A stretch of DNA of 64,000 bases from Candidatus Heimdallarchaeota archaeon (GCA_030603365.1 JAUVXV010000001.1:512001-576000), one strand, 5' to 3'. Numbered from the stretch's first letter, positions 36,812-46,768 are shown. A program made the numbers and translations. The notes: generated by a model not told the origin, from the letters alone.

Positions 36812-38139
36812 TTTTCCTTGTCTTTCTTCTGATCTTTCTTTGTATAGAACCGTTTGTAAGCTTTGGTAGTATAGCTTAACATGTGTAAAACTCTGCGAAT
36901 TTGCCAGCCAGTAAGTAATCTAAAATATCTCCCACATGCTTCCTGAAATCTTTGATTTATTATTAGTCTGGAAATATCCTCAATAGCTCTGTCTACAACC
37001 TTTTGATCTCTATCTTTCATTAGCGTCTTTATGTCTTCAGAAATATCTTCTAATTTCTTATGAGCCCAATAACAGAAATATCCATTTATGCATGTTTTAC
37101 AACTTGGGGGACTGTAATCTATCCCTCCTCCCACTTCACCATAAATGTGTTTTATCTGATAACCAACTCGACGAACAAATTCATCAAAAGACATACCTAC
37201 ATTATCTACGGAATTATTGTACCAAAAACGCTGTTGATCTTCTATTGTCATGCCTGCTTTCTTTAGAAATGTACCTAGTTGCCAATTTTCTACGTGTGAT
37301 AAGTGACCTTTTGATCTTAGAATCCCCAGTAACTCTAGAATACATGGTGGAAATAGTTCAGGTTTAGAAAATATCTCTTCTCCTTCACCAATTCCTAAAG
37401 TTGATAAATCACTAGAAAGCTTAGTTTTTCGAGCAATTTCAGTAATTTTGTCTCTAATTGGTTTTACGGTATTATCCAGACTCTTATTAGCTTCTACTAA
37501 ATCCTTCGATTTTTCAATAATAATCTTAAGTTGTTTTTCAAATTCTCTCTTTACAGCTAATCTGATGTCCGCTAATCTAACAATTCCCCAACCGTTGAAT
37601 AGTAAAACTTTTTTCGCTGATACTACAGAGGGGATTTTGTGAAATTTCACTGCAATTCTGCGATCCAAATCTTTTACTAATGACCCAAATTTACTTTTAG
37701 AATACCTACTTGATTTAAAGGGGACGTCAGCTAAGTTAAAATGTTTGTAAATGTTAATTTTGAAGAGTTTATCGATTTCCTGTATCGTCTTAACATTTTC
37801 CTTCTCATAAAGTTCTTCAAGAACTTTTATCTTTTGATCAAAGCTTGGGCTACTAACAAATCGGAATTCGAATAAATCTCCTTCTACCTCTACTAACCAA
37901 GAAGTCAGACGTGGATCTTTAGATACTGCTAATCTTAATAATAAATGCCCACCCATCTCTTCTACCTTTGTAAGATACCATTCATCATCATCCATCCAGG
38001 AAGGTTTTGAAATACTCCATAAATCTTCATCAATAAAGCGTTGTAATCTAGTGTCTGCAAACCTATTCCAATTGTCAACATCTACAGATATCTCACCTGG
38101 ATCTTTTAACACATACCAATCGGGAATTTCGATAGACAT
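36808..38139 (-). CDS. priL: DNA primase large (Fe-S) subunit, eukaryote-like
   Basis: HLLLRLA, EGDLFEFRF, FPPC, HLSH, YQIKHIYG, YSPPSC, FCYW, QEACGRYF. Confidence 0.92.
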   Translation of the reverse strand: MSIEIPDWYVLKDPGEISVDVDNWNRFADTRLQRFIDEDLWSISKPSWMDDDEWYLTKVEEMGGHLLLRLAVSKDPRLTSWLVEVEGDLFEFRFVSSPSFDQKIKVLEELYEKENVKTIQEIDKLFKINIYKHFNLADVPFKSSRYSKSKFGSLVKDLDRRIAVKFHKIPSVVSAKKVLLFNGWGIVRLADIRLAVKREFEKQLKIIIEKSKDLVEANKSLDNTVKPIRDKITEIARKTKLSSDLSTLGIGEGEEIFSKPELFPPCILELLGILRSKGHLSHVENWQLGTFLKKAGMTIEDQQRFWYNNSVDNVGMSFDEFVRRVGYQIKHIYGEVGGGIDYSPPSCKTCINGYFCYWAHKKLEDISEDIKTLMKDRDQKVVDRAIEDISRLIINQRFQEACGRYFRLLTGWQIRRVLHMLSYTTKAYKRFYTKKDQKKDKEK

Positions 38140-38165
38140 AACAAGTTCCTTTTCTCATTTACTAA

Positions 38166-39308
38166 CTAACCTATATTATTAAAAAATTGTGTTAAAGTTT
38201 TCTGATTATCATCTATTTTCATTAAATTTGAAATTTTTACTCCAATTAATCTTATATCTTCAGGTTTTTTTCCTTCAAACTCTTCTAGAAGTTTCATTAC
38301 AACAACTCTTACATGTTTAGGAGATGTATTGTAACTTGTTAATGAATGAGCTCTTGTATAGGTTTCAAAGTTTTTGAAACGAATTTTCAGAGTAATAGTT
38401 CTGAAACTCATTTTTTTAACTGTCAATCTAGTAACTATCGCATCTATAGAAGAATCTATTCTTATCCAAATCTCTTCCCATGAATTATACTTCTCAAAAA
38501 AAGTACGTTCTTCACTGATAGATTTTCGTTCATGACGAACAAATTTCTCTCCTGTATTTTCAGTATTATAGCCATTTACAAGTTTCCATGTTTTTAGACC
38601 ATATTTACCAAATTTTTGATAAGCAAGTTGATGAGGAAGTTTTGCCAAATCACCACAGAGTTCAACATTCTCTTTGCTGAATACTTCAAAACTTTTCCTT
38701 CCCACGCCTGGAATAATAGTGATATTCAAAGGAGCTAGGAATTCTGATATTTCAAGAGGTTTAACCACAACTAATCCATCAGGTTTATCGGAATCAGAAG
38801 CAATTTTTGCCAAAATTCTATTAGGTGCAATACCTATTGAACAAGTTATTTCTTCACTTGCATAGACGTCATCTTTTAATTCTGTTGCTAATCTTTTTGC
38901 TTCTTCATAATCTGCCACAACATCTGTTAAATCGAGATATGCTTCATCATTTCCTGCAACCTTCATTGTGGGAGAATAATACTCTAATATCTTCATTATA
39001 CTCTTTGATACTTCTCCGTAAAGCTTGAACGACCCACGTACCATTGTTAGATGGGGACATAATTTCAAAGCCTGATTAATTGGCATTCCTGAGTGAATCC
39101 CAAATTTTCTTGCTTCATAGGAACAAGTACTCACAACACCTTGCTTGGTTTTAGGATTGCCACCAACAACCAATGGTAACCCTTCTAATTCAGGATTTTC
39201 TCTAATTTCGACAGATGCAAAAAATGCATCTAAGTCCATATAGAGAATTATTGAATCAAATGTTTGTTCTCTTTCTGAGAAATAAACAATTTGATTAGCA
39301 AGGGTCAT
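38166..39308 (-). CDS. dinB: Y-family DNA polymerase IV (DinB/Dbh)
   Basis: MDLDAFFASVE, STCSYEARKFG, DEAYLD, LAKIASD-DKPDG, IPGVG, KSISEERTF, IRLIGV. Confidence 0.96.
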   Translation of the reverse strand: MTLANQIVYFSEREQTFDSIILYMDLDAFFASVEIRENPELEGLPLVVGGNPKTKQGVVSTCSYEARKFGIHSGMPINQALKLCPHLTMVRGSFKLYGEVSKSIMKILEYYSPTMKVAGNDEAYLDLTDVVADYEEAKRLATELKDDVYASEEITCSIGIAPNRILAKIASDSDKPDGLVVVKPLEISEFLAPLNITIIPGVGRKSFEVFSKENVELCGDLAKLPHQLAYQKFGKYGLKTWKLVNGYNTENTGEKFVRHERKSISEERTFFEKYNSWEEIWIRIDSSIDAIVTRLTVKKMSFRTITLKIRFKNFETYTRAHSLTSYNTSPKHVRVVVMKLLEEFEGKKPEDIRLIGVKISNLMKIDDNQKTLTQFFNNIG

Positions 39309-39361
39309 ATGATATTAAAATGGATTTTTCAATATAAAAATACAAAAAAAGAATGAAGAAG

Positions 39362-41386
39362 CTATCTTCTTCTTCGAATAAAGATAACAACTAAAGCTAC
39401 AACACTCAATATTGGAAGTGCTACTAATGGTAATAACTCAGGAGTTACATCAGGAACAGAACCTGGAGTTGGAGTATCAATTATGAAATCGCTGTTACAA
39501 TCATTAGTATCAACATTACCAAATTCTCTCTGTAATGTCTGATCATCTCCAGTTGTAGCACCACTCCAAGTAGTGACACCAGATACACTTCCAGATCCCC
39601 ATGCTACAGCATCTCTTATTGTACCAGAAGGGTCTTCAAGAATAATCTCGTCTCCAGAATTAGCAAGTTGAATATCTCCTAACCCATAATCTGCAGGTGG
39701 TGCTGAAACAGGTATTGCTGCCATTTCACTCTCATATGTTGAACTATCAGAGTTGAAAATCAAGACTTCATCTGATTCTATTTGTGCATTATTGGGCATG
39801 TTGTATGCCCCCTCATTATCTGTTAATGACCAACCTTCAAGGTAGATTGCAAAATCAAATGCATTAAAAACTTCCACAAATTCACCATTAGGTTCAGAAA
39901 CTGCATCATATCTGACTTCAGTGATTAGTAGATCCCATTCATCAAGGTTGATGATATTAATCTTTGATTCTATTTCAATTGGGTCTCCTACTGTTGGAGT
40001 CCCTACTACTTTGACAATATGAATGCCATCATCATAAGAATCGGTATTAACACTTATGCTAACAATTCCATCAGGATTAGACCATACATGGACTGATAAA
40101 CCATCTATGAATAATTCACCTTCAGTGTATGTATTAACGGCAAAAGAAACTTGGAAATTGTAATCATTTGAAGCTATTCCACCTACCTTTGGAGATACAA
40201 GCGCAATGGGTGCCGCATAACCTACTGGTACTTCACTATTAGCCCAGTCATAATCAAAAACAGTTTTGAAATAAGCTGCAATATTAGAATTCTTAACAAT
40301 TGCTCCTGCTTCTCTGTTATTCTCCATAGAGTTATTTGACCAGTTTATACTTGAAACCTGAACTGTTTCACCATCAACAGAAACATACTTGTTATGATTG
40401 TGACCAAGTCCTTTGAAGAATCTAACTTGTGCTCCATTGTTAATCAGTACTTCTGTAACATTCTCATTTGCCACACCTGGTTCAGGGATAAGTACTCTCA
40501 CAGCAACACCTCTAAGTGCTGCATCAATTACATCATTAAGCAAATCACAATCAAACTTAATGTATTGCAACTCTAAATCTAAACTAATAGTTGCAGATTG
40601 GATGAGATTAGAGAGAAGTTCATAACCGTTATCTGGTGCAAAAATTGGTGTTACTTCAGCAGATTCTACAAAAGTTGTGTAATCAAATGGATGCTCATAT
40701 GTTCCTGTAGTTTCATTGGCTTGTAGAGTACCTGTATGAGCTATTATGGTGTAGGCTGTTGAAATCCCATTATCATCAAAGAATACATCTTCATAGTAAC
40801 CAGCAATGTCAACATCATTAAAGATGAAACCCATTTCTCTATTTGTTCTTGCCCCTTCATATTGAGGGATACTAGAAGGTGCCCAATTTCCGGAATATAC
40901 AAATGCTTGTTGACTATCAACTATCCAGAATTTAGCATGGGTAAAAGTAAAGGAACTGCTTGTCCAAAACACATCAATTCCTGCATCATATAATCTCCAA
41001 GCTGCTTCCTCAGTGTATTCATCTTCATAGCTATTTACTCGATCATCAGAAAGTTGGACTACAACATCTACTCCTCTGTTATGGGCTCTGATCAACTCAC
41101 TTACTAAAGGTTCACTTGAGAGAGTATAAACTTCTAAATAGAATGAGGTTAGAGAATTCTTAATTGAGTTTAAGACTATTTCATAAGCATTGTCAGGACC
41201 TACAAAAGCTGTAATATTAGTAGTACCTGTAAATGTTTCTGGTATTATGGCATTTATCACATATTCATCTATACCAGTAGTAATCTGATTTCCAGCAGTT
41301 ACTTGATTTTCTACATTAATTGCAGAAAAAATAGGTAAAAGTAGCGACAAAATAACCAGTAAACTAAATTGTTTTTTTCTTATCAT
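39362..41386 (-). CDS. Secreted phospholipase D-family (2x HKD) protein with Ig-like and lamin-tail domains and C-terminal anchor
   Basis: Signal peptide; HAKFWIVD...SGNW and HNKYVSVD...SINW; LLITEVRYD...EFVEVFN...LANSGDEIIL (LTD); TM + RRRR. ATG 41386. Confidence 0.88.
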   Translation of the reverse strand: MIRKKQFSLLVILSLLLPIFSAINVENQVTAGNQITTGIDEYVINAIIPETFTGTTNITAFVGPDNAYEIVLNSIKNSLTSFYLEVYTLSSEPLVSELIRAHNRGVDVVVQLSDDRVNSYEDEYTEEAAWRLYDAGIDVFWTSSSFTFTHAKFWIVDSQQAFVYSGNWAPSSIPQYEGARTNREMGFIFNDVDIAGYYEDVFFDDNGISTAYTIIAHTGTLQANETTGTYEHPFDYTTFVESAEVTPIFAPDNGYELLSNLIQSATISLDLELQYIKFDCDLLNDVIDAALRGVAVRVLIPEPGVANENVTEVLINNGAQVRFFKGLGHNHNKYVSVDGETVQVSSINWSNNSMENNREAGAIVKNSNIAAYFKTVFDYDWANSEVPVGYAAPIALVSPKVGGIASNDYNFQVSFAVNTYTEGELFIDGLSVHVWSNPDGIVSISVNTDSYDDGIHIVKVVGTPTVGDPIEIESKINIINLDEWDLLITEVRYDAVSEPNGEFVEVFNAFDFAIYLEGWSLTDNEGAYNMPNNAQIESDEVLIFNSDSSTYESEMAAIPVSAPPADYGLGDIQLANSGDEIILEDPSGTIRDAVAWGSGSVSGVTTWSGATTGDDQTLQREFGNVDTNDCNSDFIIDTPTPGSVPDVTPELLPLVALPILSVVALVVIFIRRRR

Positions 41387-41449
41387 AGGTATACATACAA
41401 AATTTCCCTTAATAAATATGTATCGTCTACGCAAAAAAATCAGTGACCT

Positions 41450-41905
41450 TTATCTTACTTTCTTTAGCAGTTCAGAAGCTTTTTTCAGTTCATTTGAAGC
41501 GTTAGGTCTTCTTGCTGATCTTTGGATGAATCTTTCAAATTGCTGATATTCCTTTTCAGTTATATCAAGTGTTTGAATTATTTCACTAGAGGATAGATTT
41601 TCAATAGCAGGAATCTCTGATAATTCAATAGCAAATTCTATAGGTGTTAATTTGTCTTTGAATACTAGAAAAGGTTCTCCCCAAATTTGCTTAAGAAAGT
41701 TAAGATCTTCTTCATTAGCTCCCCAAACATGAATAGAATGACCATTATCTCTGATTTTTTCTGAGATTTTGATTCTAGATTTAACAAAGATAAAGTGTCC
41801 ATCTCCTGTGTCATGTTGCTTCACTTCAGCATCATACCTTGTTGCAACGTTATGGAGTTGGTTCAATATCTGTTGCTTATCAATGGGTTTGAAAATTATT
41901 TTCAT
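41450..41905 (-). CDS. Hypothetical protein
   Basis: 151-aa ATG ORF filling the gap between co-oriented genes; possible C-terminal HTH-like segment. Confidence 0.7.
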   Translation of the reverse strand: MKIIFKPIDKQQILNQLHNVATRYDAEVKQHDTGDGHFIFVKSRIKISEKIRDNGHSIHVWGANEEDLNFLKQIWGEPFLVFKDKLTPIEFAIELSEIPAIENLSSSEIIQTLDITEKEYQQFERFIQRSARRPNASNELKKASELLKKVR

Positions 41906-41961
41906 ATATTAACTCATGAACCAAAAGCATAAAATTGTTTCTCAAATGCTAAAGAACACAG

Positions 41962-44103
41962 TTAAATTTCATGGTAATCATAAAATTTGGTTATTTTATC
42001 CTCTAGAATTATAGATTCGGCTTGAACAAGATGTAAATTCTCTTTCAACCAGTTTGGTAAATGTTTTTTGTAATAATGTCTTATAAAACGGTAATCTAGA
42101 AGCACTATTACTGCATAATCCTCTAAACTTCTTATAGGTCTTCCAGCTGCTTGAGAAGCTCTTGTTAGTGCAGGAATATTATATCCAAATTCTCTTCCTT
42201 TAGTTGGGAATTGACTCTCTAAATATTCGATCATTGCATTAACAGTTGGACTAGGACGTGCATAGGGTATACCTACAATAATTACACTTTGCATCTCTTT
42301 CCCAGGGTAATCACTTCCTTCGGAAGACCGTCCTCCTAAGACAGAAATCAAAACCGCACCATTTTTTCGAGACTCGTTTTTAAAGTCCTCAATTAACTTA
42401 TCATTTTCTAATGAAGACATACCTTGATAAGCTATGAAAAGAGGTTTTGATAGACTTCTTTCCAAACCTATATCCAGTAGACTCTTCATAATTGAATAAC
42501 TCGCGCAAAAAACACCTGTATTTTTTGGGGTAGATTCAACTACTGTGTTAATAACCTCAACCATTTTTAAAAAAGTCGCAGGGACTCTATCTTCGAGTTT
42601 AGAAGAAATTTTGTCTATAACTAAAGTAATATGATTTTCTTTTTCATAAGGAGAAGGTAGATTTAGACTTACAGTTTTAGCCTCAGGGATACCTACCAGA
42701 GAAATATATGCATCGAATGGATCTAAAGTTCCTGATAATGAAACTGTGAGATAGGTTTTTTCAAAAATCTCTTTTGTGATAGTTCTAGGATCTAGAGAGA
42801 GTGAGATTAATTTGGAATTAGAATCTCCGCTTTTTGTTTCGGTTTTTGATTGGAAGAATGCATAACTCTGTTTTCCTTTATTTTCCAATAATTGATTTAG
42901 GTGTTTAGCAACAGCATTATTGTAAGACAGTGGAGCTTTATTCTGCTTAACTTGAATCTCTTTAACAAAATCACCTAATCTTTCTAGAGCTTGTATGAGT
43001 TTGTTATCAATTTGCTGCTTAGCTCTTTTTTCAACTTTTTCTATGAATTCATTGGGATCTATTCTTACTTCTTCGCCAACACCTAATTCCTTCGTATCAT
43101 CATTTAAAACTGACTGTAACGCTTCTAACAAATCATAAATCTCTCCCATCTTATATTTCATCGCCTCAGATTGAGCTTGATCTATACTATAACTAGTCAA
43201 TATGCTACTGCTGATATCAACAGCTGTAGATGGTAAATTATGGGCTTCATCTATGATTAGAATCAAATCATCAAGTCCTTTTTCAAGATTTTGAAGGAAC
43301 GAATTTCGTATACTTGGATTAAAGATGTACTGATAACTTACTGCAATTACATTAGAATTAGATGTTATTTTCTTCGAAATCTCAAAAGGACACATTTCCA
43401 GAGATTTACCAATATCAAGGATTTCCAAACTATCTAATATTTGATTGTAAGTAATCTTTTTCATATTATCGAGTTTTTGCTTTTTACCCATGTTAAGGAA
43501 ATACTTGCATTTACCTTCTTTCTTCAAATATCTACAAATATCCGCAGCATTAGCGGCATCAAGTGAGAATTTTTGGATAATTGGGTGCAAACATAGCTCC
43601 TTCCTTCCTCTTAAAGCAACTCCAGAAATAGGTTTAAGTTGTTTAATCATCTTGAGCTCTTCAATTACTCTGCTCATTTGTTGATGTGTACGACAACTAT
43701 ATACCACTGTTTTGTTTTTTTCAAGACTAATAGGAAGAACAGCAGTCAAAATCGCTATTGTTTTTCCAACTCCATTTGCAGCTTGAATAATAAAGTGATA
43801 CCCTCTTTTCCCTTTTTTTGTAATAGTTTCTGCAATCTCCTTTTGTAGTGGTCTAATTGATAGATATGGAAAAAAGCTTTCCCAATTTTTTTGTCCAGAT
43901 TTTTGCTTCTTTAATTCTGGATCTATTATTTTAGATGGTTTTGTTTGTTTAGTTTGTGATATCTTTTTTTTAACAACTGTTATCTTCTTGCACTTAGAGC
44001 ATTGCTTTTCACCATAACCATTCGGAAGAATCTTTCCACAATCTGGACAAAAGATGTATGCATCATTTTCTTGTTCTCCCGTATCAAAAGAATGGTTATT
44101 CAT
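41962..44103 (-). CDS. XPD/Rad3-type Fe-S DNA helicase with N-terminal Zn ribbon
   Basis: FPYLSIRPLQ Q-motif, AANGVGKT, four Fe-S Cys (ELC, DIC, KCKYF, MCPF), IIDEAHNL, SGTL, GRSSEGSD, QAAGRPIR; CPDC...CSKC at the N-terminus. ATG 44103. Confidence 0.93.
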   Translation of the reverse strand: MNNHSFDTGEQENDAYIFCPDCGKILPNGYGEKQCSKCKKITVVKKKISQTKQTKPSKIIDPELKKQKSGQKNWESFFPYLSIRPLQKEIAETITKKGKRGYHFIIQAANGVGKTIAILTAVLPISLEKNKTVVYSCRTHQQMSRVIEELKMIKQLKPISGVALRGRKELCLHPIIQKFSLDAANAADICRYLKKEGKCKYFLNMGKKQKLDNMKKITYNQILDSLEILDIGKSLEMCPFEISKKITSNSNVIAVSYQYIFNPSIRNSFLQNLEKGLDDLILIIDEAHNLPSTAVDISSSILTSYSIDQAQSEAMKYKMGEIYDLLEALQSVLNDDTKELGVGEEVRIDPNEFIEKVEKRAKQQIDNKLIQALERLGDFVKEIQVKQNKAPLSYNNAVAKHLNQLLENKGKQSYAFFQSKTETKSGDSNSKLISLSLDPRTITKEIFEKTYLTVSLSGTLDPFDAYISLVGIPEAKTVSLNLPSPYEKENHITLVIDKISSKLEDRVPATFLKMVEVINTVVESTPKNTGVFCASYSIMKSLLDIGLERSLSKPLFIAYQGMSSLENDKLIEDFKNESRKNGAVLISVLGGRSSEGSDYPGKEMQSVIIVGIPYARPSPTVNAMIEYLESQFPTKGREFGYNIPALTRASQAAGRPIRSLEDYAVIVLLDYRFIRHYYKKHLPNWLKENLHLVQAESIILEDKITKFYDYHEI

Positions 44104-44242
44104 AAGCTTCTTTGCTCTGTTCCAAAGAGGTCTTATAAGCTTTGTCAAGGGAGTAAGGTGAAAATAAAAAGTCAAGTAACAATAACTCTGTATTCAAGAG
44201 AATCTTTGGTTTAGTTTACTGGAAAAATAGTTAATTTAATAA

Positions 44243-44268
44243 GTTACTTTGTACATTATATAAGTAAC
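44243..44268. promoter_or_regulatory. Inverted repeat, candidate transcription-factor site in the divergent helicase/TPR intergenic region
   Basis: GTTACTT-N12-AAGTAAC; an extra AAGTAAC half-site at 44174-44180; TATA-like TTTAAATA at 44310-44317. Confidence 0.35.
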
Positions 44269-44340
44269 AGCTTGAAACTAGACTGGAAAATACAAAACAG
44301 CTAGTAATCTTTAAATATAACACAAAGTGAAGAGCTATTT

Positions 44341-44420
44341 CATCACTGGCTCTAGTCTCGAAGACTGACACTTAAGTGGCAATATTGAACTGGGGAAACT
44401 CAAGGTCTGGTTTGGGAAGC
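44341..44420 (+). other. GC-enriched, potentially structured 5' leader of the TPR operon
   Basis: 38/80 G+C versus about 30% background; hairpins AGTCT-CGA-AGACT, CAC-TTAA-GTG, TGGG-GAAA-CTCA. Confidence 0.35.
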
Positions 44421-44421
44421 T

Positions 44422-46197
44422 ATGACTCAAGAAAATATTAGAAATTTAGATGAATTGTTGGAAAATACAGCTATTCTAGTGGAAACTATAGCTTCTGAAA
44501 TTGTACATTCTACGGATAAAATTTATGCAAGTTTTCCTCCTGGTGAAACGGGTTTCAGCCTTTTTGAATTTAAGAACGATAAATTCTTGAGAGAATTTAC
44601 TGAAAATTTTGAAGCAATAAAAACAACAATAGAGAAAGAAATTACCAATTTACCTTTTGAAAAGGAAAATGAGGTTCTAATACTAGCGAACCTTCTAACT
44701 GAATTAAAAGAATACGATTTAGCAATTCAAATTTATCATTATCTAACCCAATATAATCCTGAGAATCGTTTTGCATGGGCGAATTTAATGTCTATTTTCA
44801 TTCTTAAAGGCAAACACGACAAAGCGATGGATTGTTATTTGCACCTTCCACCAGATTTTCTTGAACATGCAAACAACGAAAAGAAAGATGCAACTGCAGA
44901 TGCTTACAGAATCCTTAATATTTCTACTGCATATCCACTACATAAATCACTTAGTTCTATAGGTCGAAGAGCTCAATCCTCAACAGATCTCAAACACCAT
45001 TTTGAGCAAGAATTACGTGATTTGTATACTAACAAGGATTTTGTAAATGGTCAAGAAGCCTTAGCGAATGGTAACACTGATGAAGCATTCATACTTTTTT
45101 CAAGTGTAGTCCTTAAACAACCTGACAGTCATGTTCTTCTCTTCTTTACAGGAAAAGCTGCAATAGAAGGACAACATTACCTTATTGCAGAAGAATATTT
45201 CAAAAAAGCTATTCAAATTAAGAATGATATACCTGAATACTGGAATGAACTTGCTGATTGTTTCTTCTTACAACATAAGAATGAGCAAGCAATAAAGGCA
45301 TTAAAGACAGCTTTAACTCTAGATCCAACATGTTTAGAGTGTTGGAATTTAGCAGGTAAAGCTTTCTCCACTATTGAATCTATGAATGAATATGACTATT
45401 TCATAAAACAAGCACAATTAATGTCTTCAGCTGAAGCGATATTAAGTTTCGTTGATGGTTTAATAACTAAAAAACGTTTTGAAAATGCTCTTGAAGTTTT
45501 ACAAATCGGAGTATCTAAATTCCCAGAAGATGTCCGAATCCTTGAGAATTTAGCTTTAGTTTACGAAAGAATGGGTAAATTTGATGAAGCAATTGGAACC
45601 TATGAAGATTTATTGATGACTGGAAAATCTGTTCATAAATATCTACAGAAGATTACTTCTATACTTACTGTTTTACATGATGATAAAAGACTCGTTAGAA
45701 TTCTCAAGATGGTATCCTCTTACTTACCATGGGATGAAACAACCTTGTGGAATAAAATAGGGGACTTATTGATGAGAGCTAAAGATTACTTAGGTGCAAG
45801 TGAAGCTTTTCGTAAAGTAATTTCTTTTGATCCAAATGATTCTAGAATTCAATTTAATCTTGGTCTTGCTTATCAGGAGCTCTCACTTTTCAAAAAAGCA
45901 GAAGAAACTTATCAAAAAGTGCTTGAGTTAAACCCAGACGATCATGCATGTTTAAACAACCTAGGAAATGTTCTGAAAGAAATGAAAAGATATGATGAGG
46001 CTATAGAATCATATCAAACCGCAATAGAAATTGAACCAGATAAAGCAATTTCTTGGGCAAATCTAGGAATTATATACGAAGAGCTCAAATTAAAAAATGA
46101 AGCAAAAGAATGTTATCAGAAAGCTAAAGATATTTCCATGAAAAATAAAGATTATAAAACAGCTGCAAAATTCGAGGAATGGGAAAATTCAATATGA
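44422..46197 (+). CDS. Tetratricopeptide repeat protein
   Basis: Multiple TPRs, e.g. QFNLGLAYQEL...YQKVLELNP, LNNLGNVLKEM...AIEIEP, WANLGIIY. Confidence 0.92.
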   Translation: MTQENIRNLDELLENTAILVETIASEIVHSTDKIYASFPPGETGFSLFEFKNDKFLREFTENFEAIKTTIEKEITNLPFEKENEVLILANLLTELKEYDLAIQIYHYLTQYNPENRFAWANLMSIFILKGKHDKAMDCYLHLPPDFLEHANNEKKDATADAYRILNISTAYPLHKSLSSIGRRAQSSTDLKHHFEQELRDLYTNKDFVNGQEALANGNTDEAFILFSSVVLKQPDSHVLLFFTGKAAIEGQHYLIAEEYFKKAIQIKNDIPEYWNELADCFFLQHKNEQAIKALKTALTLDPTCLECWNLAGKAFSTIESMNEYDYFIKQAQLMSSAEAILSFVDGLITKKRFENALEVLQIGVSKFPEDVRILENLALVYERMGKFDEAIGTYEDLLMTGKSVHKYLQKITSILTVLHDDKRLVRILKMVSSYLPWDETTLWNKIGDLLMRAKDYLGASEAFRKVISFDPNDSRIQFNLGLAYQELSLFKKAEETYQKVLELNPDDHACLNNLGNVLKEMKRYDEAIESYQTAIEIEPDKAISWANLGIIYEELKLKNEAKECYQKAKDISMKNKDYKTAAKFEEWENSI

Positions 46198-46733
46198 GCT
46201 TTTCGAAAGAGAAAAAACATCTTGAATGGCAAGAAGTACCCCTTAAAATAGCTAGATTTTTAAGAAATAATAGTTTTGAAGTTTGGAACGAAAGATCAAT
46301 TGAAAAGAAAAGAGTTGATATTCTTGCTAAACGGGCCTACAAGAACAAAACTTATTATATTATACTCGAATTCAAGCATTACGAGAAAGTAACAGGTAGT
46401 GCAGAAGATAAATTTCTAGAACAGTTACGAGAGTATCTGAGGATATTTGTTCAACGAGAACTGAAGAGAAAAGGTTTCAGTCACATATCTCGCAATTATG
46501 TTTTTATTGGTTATCTTGTTCTCTCAAAGGATTATGGTATATATAAAAACCGTCGTAAAAACTGGAGAAAAGAAAGATTATTTCCTGAAGATAAGGATTT
46601 AGAATATATTTGGAAACGAAATCTGTATCTCTTCAGTTCAACTGAGGACTATATTCGTTCGAATTTGGAATTAGTTGGATTACCCTTTTACTCCCAGACC
46701 TCTATTCAGGATTTTACTGATAAAGAAATATAA
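46194..46733 (+). CDS. PD-(D/E)XK nuclease superfamily protein
   Basis: EVWNERSI...RVDILA...ILEFKHY...QLREY. ATG 46194 overlaps the TPR stop (ATGA). Confidence 0.65.
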   Translation: MSFSKEKKHLEWQEVPLKIARFLRNNSFEVWNERSIEKKRVDILAKRAYKNKTYYIILEFKHYEKVTGSAEDKFLEQLREYLRIFVQRELKRKGFSHISRNYVFIGYLVLSKDYGIYKNRRKNWRKERLFPEDKDLEYIWKRNLYLFSSTEDYIRSNLELVGLPFYSQTSIQDFTDKEI

Positions 46734-46768
46734 TAACAGTAAAAAACCCTTAGTGTAATTTAGTTTTA

